Part shown: in pieces, positions 1 through 9,157 of the stretch
Position numbering within the stretch: the stretch's first letter is position 1
How the letters are laid out: the number at the start of each line of letters is the position of its first letter
NCBI GenBank assembly: GCA_016868775.1
Contig: VGFT01000002.1
Coordinates: forward strand, 195,830 to 259,829
Direction of reading: 5' to 3'
DNA from: Bacteroidota bacterium
Lineage (GTDB): Bacteria > Bacteroidota > Bacteroidia > Chitinophagales > Chitinophagaceae
Length of the DNA stretch: 64,000 bases
Notes under the pieces: generated by a model
The model's input: the letters and a program-made list of their open reading frames with translations, nothing else
Databases searched by the model: none
Told to the model about the DNA's origin: nothing
Position numbers and translations under genes: made by a program

Positions 1-762
1 CTCAAGCGAATCGTACCCAACCTGATGAAGTGGACCCGTGAGGCCAATGAGGGATATGAGGGACTACGCACCATTTACGGTGAAGTGGTAGGTCAGTTCA
101 ATCGCTACAACGGACATGTAGCCAAATACGTGGGCGGCATCATGGAAACTCCGAAAACAGTTGAGCAAGACGGTCCGGTATATGAGATCGTTTCCAAGGC
201 CAAACAAAAAGAAGCCGTAAGCTATTTAAATAAGCAGCTGTTCACCACGCCAAAGTGGCTGATCAGCGAGGATATATTCACCCGTACCGGACAAAGCGGA
301 TTGACCATCATCAGTGGCGCACAGGATAATATCCTGAATCGACTGTTGAGTGCCCGAAACCTGGGCAAACTCATCGATGCCGAAGCCTCGATCGGCAATA
401 AGGCCTATCGGATCACCGATCTGTTGGGCGACCTAAAAGCCGGTATCTGCTCGGAGCTGACCACTCGTCAGCCAACCGATATTTATCGCCGCAATCTGCA
501 AAAATCATATGTGTCTACTTTGACTCGTCTGATCGATGCAGGAGGCGCACAATCTGGTCTGGTAGCCGGTGGAATGGTTATTCAGATGTCTGCTGGACCC
601 TCTTCCGATAAAACAGACCTGAAAAGTGTTGTCAAAGCGCACCTCACGACCCTGCGAACAGAGCTCAACACCGCCGCAGCCCTGGTAGCGGATCCGATGA
701 CACGTTATCACTGGAAAGATCTGGCAGATCGGATCGATCAAGCATTAGATCCTCGTAAATAA
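1..762 (+). CDS. Zinc-dependent metalloprotease (DUF4953/Met-zincin type), C-terminal part; 5' end lies outside the window
   Basis: Frame is open from base 1 (LKRIVPNLMKWT...). The C-terminus 'DIYRRNLQKSYV...DPMTRYHWKDLADRIDQALDP' resembles the Bacteroidota DUF4953 family. The catalytic motif is not in the window. Confidence 0.7.
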   Translation, partial: LKRIVPNLMKWTREANEGYEGLRTIYGEVVGQFNRYNGHVAKYVGGIMETPKTVEQDGPVYEIVSKAKQKEAVSYLNKQLFTTPKWLISEDIFTRTGQSGLTIISGAQDNILNRLLSARNLGKLIDAEASIGNKAYRITDLLGDLKAGICSELTTRQPTDIYRRNLQKSYVSTLTRLIDAGGAQSGLVAGGMVIQMSAGPSSDKTDLKSVVKAHLTTLRTELNTAAALVADPMTRYHWKDLADRIDQALDPRK

Positions 763-781
763 CTCAATTTCAAAAATTTAT

Positions 782-806
782 AGGGCCTCAAACGAGGCCC
801 TTTTTT
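782..806 (+). terminator. Intrinsic terminator
   Basis: AGGGCCTC-AAAC-GAGGCCCT followed by a T run, just after the stop at 762. Confidence 0.85.
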
Positions 807-830
807 ATTGGGGGCTATCAAAAACAGCCG

Positions 831-838
831 TATCTTTG
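831..838 (+). promoter_or_regulatory. Bacteroidota -7 promoter box for rpmI-rplT
   Basis: TATCTTTG matches the TAnnTTTG consensus and lies downstream of the terminator. Confidence 0.75.
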
Positions 839-940
839 CACCCCGCGAAAGCGATTCGGCGCAAGCCAATTGTCTGAAGAGGTTCGAAAAAGGTCCCCCT
901 GTGGGGAATGCCTCAAGGACGAAATTCAAAATAGGGTACC

Positions 941-1138
941 ATGCCCAAGGTTAAAACCAATTCGAGTGCCAAGAAGCGCTTCAAAGTGACCGGAACCGGC
1001 AAGATCCAGCATCAGAAAAGTTTCAAGCGTCACATTCTGACGAAAAAATCCAAAAAGCGCAAACGAAACATGCGCAAGGACGGAACCGTTTCGGCTTCCC
1101 ACCTGGATTTCGTCAAACGCCTCCTGCGTCTGAAATAA
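941..1138 (+). CDS. rpmI: 50S ribosomal protein L35
   Basis: [21 protein letters not shown]...KRHILTKK signature, 65 aa. Confidence 0.98.
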   Translation: MPKVKTNSSAKKRFKVTGTGKIQHQKSFKRHILTKKSKKRKRNMRKDGTVSASHLDFVKRLLRLK

Positions 1139-1147
1139 CATACGCTT

Positions 1148-1181
1148 AACCCGAACGCTGAACCCCGAACTCTAAACTAAC
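1148..1181 (+). repeat. Degenerate AAC-initiated 6-7 bp tandem repeat in the rpmI-rplT spacer
   Basis: aacccg-aacgctg-aaccccg-aactcta-aactaac. Confidence 0.5.
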
Positions 1182-1186
1182 GTCCT

Positions 1187-1531
1187 ATGCCACGTTCAAA
1201 AAATGCAGTTGCTTCCAAAGCACGCCGTAAAAAAATACTCAAGCAAGCCAAAGGTTTCTATGGCAAACGCAAAAATGTTCTCACCGTTGCCAAAAACGTA
1301 GTGGAAAAAGGTATGACCTACATGTTTGTGGGTCGTAAACTCAAAAAGCGCGAATACCGCGGACTCTGGATCGCCCGTATCAATGCCGCCGTACGCGAGG
1401 AAGGGTTGACCTACTCCGTTTTTATCAGCAAACTCCAGCAAAAAGGAATCGAGCTGGATCGTAAGGTACTGGCCGATCTGGCCATGAATCACCCCGAGAC
1501 CTTCAAAGGGCTGATCCAGTCGGTGAAATAA
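1187..1531 (+). CDS. rplT: 50S ribosomal protein L20
   Basis: [24 protein letters not shown]...LWIARINAA...[10 protein letters not shown] signature. Confidence 0.98.
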   Translation: MPRSKNAVASKARRKKILKQAKGFYGKRKNVLTVAKNVVEKGMTYMFVGRKLKKREYRGLWIARINAAVREEGLTYSVFISKLQQKGIELDRKVLADLAMNHPETFKGLIQSVK

Positions 1532-1563
1532 ATTTTGACAAGAAAACACTTCGATGCAAAATG

Positions 1564-1587
1564 AAAGCCCCTTCAAGGGGCTTTTTT
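1564..1587 (+). terminator. Intrinsic terminator after rplT (probably bidirectional)
   Basis: AAAGCCCCT-TCA-AGGGGCTTT followed by a T run. Confidence 0.85.
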
Positions 1588-1613
1588 ACTATTTGATCGT
1601 GCTGAATGAATGG

Positions 1614-2014
1614 TCAGGCTACCATGCCAAAGATGACCAAAAGGGCATACACCACACCCGGAACCCATTTCAGCAAGGTCAGTAGCAGACTGATCCAAAA
1701 TTTGGAATTGATCTCCCCCTGATGCAAATAAACTGCCAAGGGGGGAGGATCAGGGCAATCAACGTGAGTAAAAATTTGCTCACATCCGCCTCTTCACCCG
1801 CCCTTTTTTTCTGTTTGAATTGTTTGAATTCGGCGCGAACACTCCGTCGCCATGCGCTTCGCTCCGCATTGCTCATGTTTTGTAATTGCTCCGATAAGGC
1901 GCCCGCCTAAGCCTGCTCCAGAGAGCGTGGGTTGGCGGGATGAGAAGCCATTGTCAGTAGCGGATCTACCAACAACAAAAAAAATAGGAAGACGAAAAAA
2001 ATATTTCTAGCCAT
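1614..2014 (-). pseudogene. YqaE/Pmp3 (UPF0057) family membrane protein with N-terminal extension; interrupted by an in-frame TAG (1907-1909) and a 1-nt frameshift (G6 at 1740-1745)
   Basis: Reconstruction: MARNIFFVFLFFLLLVDPLL...SLEQA*AGALSEQLQNMSNAERS...LIALILPP/LAVYLHQGEINSKFWISLLLTLLKWVPGVVYALLVIFGMVA*. The C-terminal part matches the Pmp3 motif. Confidence 0.75.
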
Positions 2015-2169
2015 CACATGATGTCCATGGCTTTTACGAAAGCAGTGGTTTGGAAAGGCAGGATCAAGGTCAGCCATTCCCAATGGGTATAAATGGCTAG
2101 GCCGAGGGCAGCGGTGGAAACAAAAAATACCAACCACCAGAGTCCCCTTGCGTTTTTGGTCTGTTCCAT
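2014..2169 (-). CDS. Small (51 aa) hydrophobic membrane protein, unknown function
   Basis: MEQTKNARGLWWLVFFVSTAALGLAIYTHWEWLTLILPFQTTAFVKAMDIM. A TACTTTTG promoter box lies 14 nt upstream, and the stop overlaps the next ATG (TGATG). Confidence 0.7.
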   Translation of the reverse strand: MEQTKNARGLWWLVFFVSTAALGLAIYTHWEWLTLILPFQTTAFVKAMDIM

Positions 2170-2309
2170 GTATTGAATTTTGGCAAAAGTAAGACAATCA
2201 TAGTTTTTTATCATATCCGGTTCGCACCCGAGCTGATTTCTGTCGTTGAAAAATCCTATTTTCGCCGACCGTGTGTTTAGCACACATTCGAACGATTTCC
2301 CTGCTTGCC

Positions 2310-4997
2310 ATGACCATCCGTTTTCAGCTTCGCTTTTCTACCCGATATGGCCAAAAATTGTGGGTAACGGGCAACCATCCAGCCCTGGGCAATCTGAACC
2401 CTCAAGCGGCCTTCCCTCTTCAATACCTCAACGACCAGTACTGGTCTGCCGAACTAACCCTGCCATCGAAAAAAATACCGGATTCCATCACCTACAAGTA
2501 TCTGCTTCAGGAGTCGGACGGAAGGTTTGTGGAAGAAGGGGGCAATGGGCGACAATTGATCGGGATCCAAAACCTTCCCCTTCTGCATACACTGGATAGT
2601 TGGAGTTATGCCGGTGCCTTTGAACAAACTTTTCTGTCAGGCCCCTTCCGAAAGATTTTGCTCCCTGAGCGTGCCATCGACTCTGCGCCCGTACGGAGCG
2701 AAGGACCCCGTGCCTGCTTTCGTGTCGTGGCACCGTTGTTGCCCGCGGGGCAGTCAATCCGACTGATCGGTACCGGATCCGAACTGGGCGGTTGGAAAGA
2801 AACCGATGCACGCCGCATGCAGTGGAGCGGTACCTGCTGGGAAACAGAAGTTGAGCTATCCAACACATCCTCCCCCTTGCGTTATAAATACGGCGTGTGG
2901 AACGATGAACAAAACTGTTGGTTGAGATATGAAGAAGGTGCGGATCGGTTAATTCCGGATTCGCTCGTAGACCGCTCTGTTCACACCTATGTGCATGATG
3001 GATTTATCCGACTGTCCAATAATACGTGGAAGGGGGCCGGCCTTTCGATTCCGGTGTTCAGTATCCGGACCGATAAAAGCTTTGGTGTCGGAGAGTTTGC
3101 GGACTTGCCCCAATTGGCCGATTGGGCCAAGGCGCTGGGTATGCGAATGATCCAGATCCTGCCCGTAAACGACACAACGGCATTTCACAACTGGAAAGAT
3201 TCCTACCCCTATGCCGGGATCTCTGCGTTTGCTTTGCATCCTCTTTACCTGTCGCTCTCCGCTGTTGCCGGAGACGAGCAGACCGACTTGCTTGCAGAGT
3301 GGGAGACTACCCGAATCGAACTCAACCAAAAACCTGTGGTTGATTACGAAGCCGTCATGAAAGCAAAATGGTCGATCCTTCGTACCCTGTACGACCGGAT
3401 TGGCAAATCCTGTTTATCCTCCATTGGCTATAAATCTTTTTGGAAAGAACAACAACATTGGCTCAAGCCCTTTTGTATTTTCTCCTACCTGCGTGACCAA
3501 AACCAAACAGCCGATTTCTCTGATTGGCCGAGCCATAACAGCTATGATCCCGATGCTTGTAAGCCCTTGCTGAAGTCAGGTACCAAGTCGGCCAAAGCCA
3601 TTTCCTTCTATGGATTTGTTCAGTACCACCTACATCTACAACTTAAGCAATCCGTCCAATATTTGCATAGCCAGGGAATCATTCTGAAGGGGGATATTCC
3701 GATCGGCGTAAACCGGCATGGATGTGATGCCTGGTTTGCGCCTGAGCTCTATCATATGAATTGGCAAGCCGGCGCCCCGCCGGATGATTTCACGGCCATC
3801 GGACAGAACTGGGGATTCCCTACCTACAACTGGGAACGCATGCAAGCCGATGGATTCAACTGGTGGCGATTGCGTTTCCAACAAATGGAATTGTATTTCG
3901 ATTCTTTTCGGATTGATCACATTCTGGGTTTTTTCCGCATCTGGAGCATTCCGACCCACGCGGTAGAAGGGCTGCTCGGTCGCTTTGTTCCCGCCATTCC
4001 CGTTTGTCCCCAGGAGTTTACTGAACGTGGTATACCCTTTCATGCCGACCGCTACACCAAACCCTATATAACTGAAACCTACCTTCAGCAACTCTTCGGA
4101 TCGGATGCCGAATCGGTTCGAAATTTCTTTCTGGAAACAGCCGATCTGGGTACTTATCGATTGCGTCCGGCCTTTGCAACACAGCGACAGGTGGAACGCT
4201 ACTTTCAGCAGCACAACCAGTGGCCTTCCGGAACCCGCGAAAAACTTTATGCGCTGGTAGCGAATGTGATCCTTTTCGAAGAAGAAGGCGCCGAATCCGG
4301 TTATCACTTTCGGATCTCGATGGACAAGACCTATTCCTATTCTTGTCTGCCTCCGGAGATCCAACGCAACCTCTATGAATTGTATTTAGATTATTTCTAT
4401 AAGCGTCAGGACGATTTTTGGTTCCGACAGGCCATGCAAAAACTGCCCTCCCTTAAGGCAGCCACCAATATGCTGGTTTGCGGCGAAGACCTGGGTATGG
4501 TGCCGCACTGTGTCCCCGACGTCATGCAGCAACTCGGCATCCTGAGCTTGGAGATCCAGCGCATGCCCAAAGATTCCAAACACCGATTCTTCCATCCCCA
4601 GGATGCGCCTTACCTCTCGGTGGTAACACCCTCAACACACGATATGAGCACCCTGCGTGCCTGGTGGGAGGAAGATGCGGCACGTACACGTGATTTTTAC
4701 CAACAAGAGCTCAATCAATGGGGCGATTCCCCGCAGTTCTGCGAATCGTGGGTAAACCGCGCCATACTCGACCAACACCTTCAATCGCCCGCCATGTGGA
4801 GCATCTTTCAAGTGCAGGACATCTTGGGGTGCTCGGAAAAATTACGTCGGCAAATGCCCCAGGAGGAACGAATCAACGACCCGGCCAACCCCAACCAATA
4901 CTGGCAATACCGGATGCATCTCACACTGGAGCAATTGATCCGGGAACAGGCGTTCAACCGAGAATTCAGGGAAACCGTAAAAGCTTCGGGCCGGTAA
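2310..4997 (+). CDS. malQ: 4-alpha-glucanotransferase (GH77) with two N-terminal CBM20-like domains
   Basis: N-terminal 'LWVTGNHPALGNLNP' and 'LIGTGSELGGW' starch-binding-like repeats; GH77 motifs 'QILPVNDT', 'RIDHILGFFRIW', 'GEDLG', 'STHD'. Confidence 0.93.
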   Translation: MTIRFQLRFSTRYGQKLWVTGNHPALGNLNPQAAFPLQYLNDQYWSAELTLPSKKIPDSITYKYLLQESDGRFVEEGGNGRQLIGIQNLPLLHTLDSWSYAGAFEQTFLSGPFRKILLPERAIDSAPVRSEGPRACFRVVAPLLPAGQSIRLIGTGSELGGWKETDARRMQWSGTCWETEVELSNTSSPLRYKYGVWNDEQNCWLRYEEGADRLIPDSLVDRSVHTYVHDGFIRLSNNTWKGAGLSIPVFSIRTDKSFGVGEFADLPQLADWAKALGMRMIQILPVNDTTAFHNWKDSYPYAGISAFALHPLYLSLSAVAGDEQTDLLAEWETTRIELNQKPVVDYEAVMKAKWSILRTLYDRIGKSCLSSIGYKSFWKEQQHWLKPFCIFSYLRDQNQTADFSDWPSHNSYDPDACKPLLKSGTKSAKAISFYGFVQYHLHLQLKQSVQYLHSQGIILKGDIPIGVNRHGCDAWFAPELYHMNWQAGAPPDDFTAIGQNWGFPTYNWERMQADGFNWWRLRFQQMELYFDSFRIDHILGFFRIWSIPTHAVEGLLGRFVPAIPVCPQEFTERGIPFHADRYTKPYITETYLQQLFGSDAESVRNFFLETADLGTYRLRPAFATQRQVERYFQQHNQWPSGTREKLYALVANVILFEEEGAESGYHFRISMDKTYSYSCLPPEIQRNLYELYLDYFYKRQDDFWFRQAMQKLPSLKAATNMLVCGEDLGMVPHCVPDVMQQLGILSLEIQRMPKDSKHRFFHPQDAPYLSVVTPSTHDMSTLRAWWEEDAARTRDFYQQELNQWGDSPQFCESWVNRAILDQHLQSPAMWSIFQVQDILGCSEKLRRQMPQEERINDPANPNQYWQYRMHLTLEQLIREQAFNREFRETVKASGR

Positions 4998-5024
4998 ACC
5001 TTCGATCTGTCCTAACTTGCAAGC

Positions 5025-6044
5025 ATGCAGGTACGTTATCATTCGATCGCACTTCCTTTTCGTCATCCCTTTACCATTTCCAAGGGTACCAAAACCCATC
5101 AACCCGCCTTGGTCGTGGCGCTGGAACACCGCGGATACATCGGTTACGGCGAAGCACCGGCCATTGCCTATTATCAGGTGACGGTCGATCAGATGATCGA
5201 ACGCCTGGAACAGAAAAAAACGCAGGTAGAACGTTTTGCCTTCACCGACCCGGAGCGCTATTGGCATTACCTGCATCATCTGCTGCCCCAAGATCCTTTT
5301 CTGGTATCTGCCCTGGATATGGCAGGGTGGGACCTCTTCGGAAAAATGCGAGGCAAACCTCTTTATCAGTTGTGGAACGGCGATCCCACCCGCGCTCCCC
5401 TTACGGATTATACCATTGGCATCGATACCATCCCGCGCATGGTTGAGAAGATGAAAGAAAAGCCCTGGCCCATTTATAAAATAAAAGTGGGCACCCCCGA
5501 TGATCTCCCGATGTTGCGTGCCCTGCGTGCACAAACCGAAGCAAGACTGCGCATCGATGCCAACGCCGGGTGGACGCTCGAGCAAGCCCTTGCCCTGTTA
5601 CCCGATCTACAGGAAATGAACATCGAACTGATCGAGCAACCGCTGGCGAAAGAAGATTGGGAAGGAATGAAGCATCTGCGGGCGGTCTCGTCTATACCGC
5701 TGTATGCCGACGAATCCTGTGTATTTGAACGCGACGTTGAAAAATGCGCTTCTTTTTTTCATGGCATCAATATCAAACTGACCAAATGCAGCGGCATCAC
5801 GCCCGCCCGCCGCATGATCAAACAAGCAAAAGAGCTGGGATTGAAAGTTATGATCGGCTCCATGAACGAGTCGACGTTGGGATCTGCCGCCATCGCACAC
5901 CTGACGCCTTTTATTGACGAGGTGGATATGGATGGCCCCTTGCTGCTGGCCGAAGACATCACAACGGGTATTTTGTATGATCAGGGACGGGCAACGATCC
6001 CTTCCGATCCGGGTTTGGGCATTCAATGCACGCTTTTTTCATAG
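5025..6044 (+). CDS. Dipeptide epimerase (L-Ala-D/L-Glu epimerase, enolase superfamily)
   Basis: 'FTISKG', 'YKIKVG', 'RIDANAGW', 'IEQP', 'ADES', 'NIKLTKCSG', 'DMDGPLLL' motifs. Confidence 0.88.
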   Translation: MQVRYHSIALPFRHPFTISKGTKTHQPALVVALEHRGYIGYGEAPAIAYYQVTVDQMIERLEQKKTQVERFAFTDPERYWHYLHHLLPQDPFLVSALDMAGWDLFGKMRGKPLYQLWNGDPTRAPLTDYTIGIDTIPRMVEKMKEKPWPIYKIKVGTPDDLPMLRALRAQTEARLRIDANAGWTLEQALALLPDLQEMNIELIEQPLAKEDWEGMKHLRAVSSIPLYADESCVFERDVEKCASFFHGINIKLTKCSGITPARRMIKQAKELGLKVMIGSMNESTLGSAAIAHLTPFIDEVDMDGPLLLAEDITTGILYDQGRATIPSDPGLGIQCTLFS

Positions 6045-6092
6045 GACAACCTTTGTGACCGCCCGCTGTTGTACTTTTGCAAACCGAAGAAA

Positions 6093-8015
6093 ATGGCCTG
6101 GAGCGATCAACACCAATTCATACAAGCCCTCGAACGTGCCGGCGAGCTCGTTCGCATAAAAACCTTTGTCGATCCAAAGTGGGAGATCGCTGAAATTACA
6201 GACCGAGTCAGTAAATCCGGCGGAGGAGGGAAGGCCCTTCTTTTCGAGAACACCGGTACCGATTTTCCCGTGCTGATGAATGCCTACGGAAGCGAACGCA
6301 GAATGTGCATGGCGTTGGGCGTCGAACACCTCGATGACGTTGCACGTGAGATTGAAGGATTGTTCAAGTTGCTCTCCGCTCCGAAAGAATCGATGCTCGA
6401 TAAATTAAAGTTGATCCCCAAACTGGGCACGTTTGCCAGTTGGATACCCAAGGTTCGCTCCGGCAAAGGCATTTGCCAAGAGGTGATCCAGCTTGATCCC
6501 GACCTTTCTAAGATACCAGTGATCACTTGTTGGCCAAAGGACGGGGGACCTTTTGTAACCCTACCCGTGATTCATACCAAAGATCCCATTACCCAATCAC
6601 GCAACGTGGGGATGTATCGGATGCAAGTCATCGGCCCGCAACTCACCGGTATGCATTGGCACAAGCACAAGGTCAGCGCCAAACATTTTTCCGAATACAA
6701 AAAACTCAATCAACGGATGCCCGTGGCCGTGGCCCTGGGGGGCGATCCAGTGTATGCGTACTCAGCTACCGCTCCGCTTCCCGAGAATGTGGATGAGTAC
6801 ATGCTCGCCGGATTTTTACGAAAAAAGAAAGTGGAGTTGGTGCGTTGCATCACCCAACCCGAGATCGAAGTGCCCGCTGATGCGGATTTTATCATCGAAG
6901 GATATGTTGACCCGCACGAAGAGTTGATCTGGGAGGGCCCGTTTGGCGACCACACTGGTTATTACTCGCTGCCCGATTGGTATCCCCGTTTTCACGTCAC
7001 CGCCATCACACATCGGAAAAACGCCGTGTATCCGGCTACCATCGTGGGCATACCGCCTCAGGAAGATGCCTGGTTGGGAAAAGCCACCGAACGAATTTTT
7101 CTGGCCCCTATTAAAATGACCATGGTACCTGAAATCCTCGATATGGATATGCCCGTGGAAGGCGTATTTCATAATCTGGTCATTACCCAAATTCAAAAAG
7201 ACTATGCCGGACAGGCCCAAAAAGTCATGAATGCAATGTGGGGAGCCGGACAAATGATGTTCAATAAAATTCTGGTACTGGCCGATCAAAACACCCGCAT
7301 ACAAGATTACCGAACGCTGGCACAAACCGTATTTCAACACCTGAACCCGGCTACCGATGTGGCCTTTGCCAGCGGTCCCATGGACGTACTCGACCATAGT
7401 TGCAGCAAACTAGGCTTTGGTGGGAAAATGAGCATCGATGGTACCGCCAAACACCCCGAGGAGCAGGCCGATGAGTACCGGCCCCGCCCCTTGATGAATT
7501 GGAATCAAGCCAAGCAAAACTTGAAATCCGATTTCCCTGAGATCGCGGCGATAAACGATCAATTGATCTCAGAAAATATTCCCGTGCTGCTGGTTGCCAT
7601 CAAAAAAGATCGTCCGGGTCATTTTCGTTCCCTGCACAAAAAGATGGCTCAACGAAACGAACTGGGGGGCATCAAGATGGTGCTGTATGTGGAACATACG
7701 GTTGATCCGCTGGACCTATCCACCGCCCTTTGGCGTTTTTGCAACAACATGGATCCCAAACGAGATTCAGAATTGGTTCGGGTGGAGTCTGAAGATGGTT
7801 TTCATTACGATGCCTGTTTGGGATTGGATGGCACTCGAAAAACCAAAGAATTCGACGGATTTCACCGCGACTGGCCAAACATCATTGTCGCCAATGAAGA
7901 AACCATCCGCTCCGTGGATGCTAAGTGGGATTCGCTGGGAATCGGACCTTTTCTGCCTTCTCCTTCCCTGAAATTCAAGGGACAGATCTACGGTGAAGAG
8001 GCTGTTGTTTCCTGA
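6093..8015 (+). CDS. ubiD: UbiD-family decarboxylase (menaquinone biosynthesis decarboxylase, MqnL-like)
   Basis: 'EGPFGDHTGYY', 'RNVGMYRMQ', 'GIPPQED', 'PMDVLDHS' UbiD motifs; TACTTTTG box at 6072-6079. Confidence 0.88.
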   Translation: MAWSDQHQFIQALERAGELVRIKTFVDPKWEIAEITDRVSKSGGGGKALLFENTGTDFPVLMNAYGSERRMCMALGVEHLDDVAREIEGLFKLLSAPKESMLDKLKLIPKLGTFASWIPKVRSGKGICQEVIQLDPDLSKIPVITCWPKDGGPFVTLPVIHTKDPITQSRNVGMYRMQVIGPQLTGMHWHKHKVSAKHFSEYKKLNQRMPVAVALGGDPVYAYSATAPLPENVDEYMLAGFLRKKKVELVRCITQPEIEVPADADFIIEGYVDPHEELIWEGPFGDHTGYYSLPDWYPRFHVTAITHRKNAVYPATIVGIPPQEDAWLGKATERIFLAPIKMTMVPEILDMDMPVEGVFHNLVITQIQKDYAGQAQKVMNAMWGAGQMMFNKILVLADQNTRIQDYRTLAQTVFQHLNPATDVAFASGPMDVLDHSCSKLGFGGKMSIDGTAKHPEEQADEYRPRPLMNWNQAKQNLKSDFPEIAAINDQLISENIPVLLVAIKKDRPGHFRSLHKKMAQRNELGGIKMVLYVEHTVDPLDLSTALWRFCNNMDPKRDSELVRVESEDGFHYDACLGLDGTRKTKEFDGFHRDWPNIIVANEETIRSVDAKWDSLGIGPFLPSPSLKFKGQIYGEEAVVS

Positions 8016-8098
8016 GTTTTCCCCTTTTAGCGGTCGCTCGGTTGGTTTAGGATTTCTCCCCGGCAGACAGTAATTTTGCCGCACCCAAAATCCTGATC

Positions 8099-9100
8099 AT
8101 GTCCAGATCCATTGCCTTTCGGGAAGCCCTGCGTGAAGCATTGAGTGAAGAGATGCGCCGCGACGAGCGTGTATTCCTGATGGGAGAGGAGGTTGCAGAA
8201 TACAACGGTGCTTACAAGGTCAGCCAAGGCATGCTGGCAGAGTTTGGTCCCAAGCGTGTCATCGACACACCGATCGCTGAATTGGGTTTCACGGCCATTG
8301 GAGTTGGAGCGGCTCAAAACGGTCTTCGTCCCGTCGTTGAGTTCATGACCTGGAATTTCGCCGTACTGGCATTGGACCAAATACTGAATACGGCATCGAA
8401 GATGCTGGCTATGAGCGGCGGACAGATCACCTGTCCAATTGTATTTCGTGGCCCCAACGGCTCCGCGGGTCAGCTCGGCGCTCAACACTCCACCGCTTTC
8501 GAATCGCTTTATGCCAACATTCCAGGCATCAAAGTCATTTCACCTAGCAATGGCTACGATGCAAAGGGCTTGCTCAAGCAAGCCATACGTTTTGAAGAGG
8601 ACCCCGTCGTATTCATGGAAAGCGAGCAGATGTATGGCGATAAATGCGAGGTGCCGACCGATGAATATTATATTGAGCTGGGAAAAGCCGATATCAAAAA
8701 GCAAGGACGGGATGTAACCATCGTTTCCTTCAATAAAATGATGAAGGTGGCACTGAGTGCCGCGGCCGAGTTGGAAAAAGAGGGGATCAGCGCCGAGGTG
8801 ATCGACCTAAGAACCATACGTCCGCTGGATTGGATGACCATTTTGGAAAGTGTCAAAAAAACCAACCGATTGGTAATCGTGGAGGAGCAATGGCCTTTCG
8901 CCTCGATCTCTTCTGAGATCACGTACCGAATCCAAAAGGAGGGGTTTGATTACTTGGATGCACCGATCCGACGCATCACCGCCGCCGATGCTCCCTTGCA
9001 TTATGCGCCAAACCTGGTCGCTGCTGCCTTGCCCGATACAAGCCGAACCGTTCGCCTGGTAAAGGAAGTAATGTATCAGGTAAAGCAGTTTGAATATTAA
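8099..9100 (+). CDS. pdhB: Pyruvate dehydrogenase E1 beta subunit
   Basis: 'GEEVAEYNGAYKVSQG', 'DTPIAELGF', 'PIVFRGPNG', 'EVIDLRTIRPLD'. Confidence 0.95.
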   Translation: MSRSIAFREALREALSEEMRRDERVFLMGEEVAEYNGAYKVSQGMLAEFGPKRVIDTPIAELGFTAIGVGAAQNGLRPVVEFMTWNFAVLALDQILNTASKMLAMSGGQITCPIVFRGPNGSAGQLGAQHSTAFESLYANIPGIKVISPSNGYDAKGLLKQAIRFEEDPVVFMESEQMYGDKCEVPTDEYYIELGKADIKKQGRDVTIVSFNKMMKVALSAAAELEKEGISAEVIDLRTIRPLDWMTILESVKKTNRLVIVEEQWPFASISSEITYRIQKEGFDYLDAPIRRITAADAPLHYAPNLVAAALPDTSRTVRLVKEVMYQVKQFEY

Positions 9101-9157
9101 CAGCTTACTTAAAACTGTTCGATCGAATTTCCGGTAGTTTTGACCCAAATTCAACCG

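Noticed and set aside
2488-5585. Antisense ORFs within malQ and the epimerase (e.g. 3636-4364, 4842-5585) and the overlapping + ORF 4718-5446
   Set aside because: They overlap well-supported genes and show no motifs.
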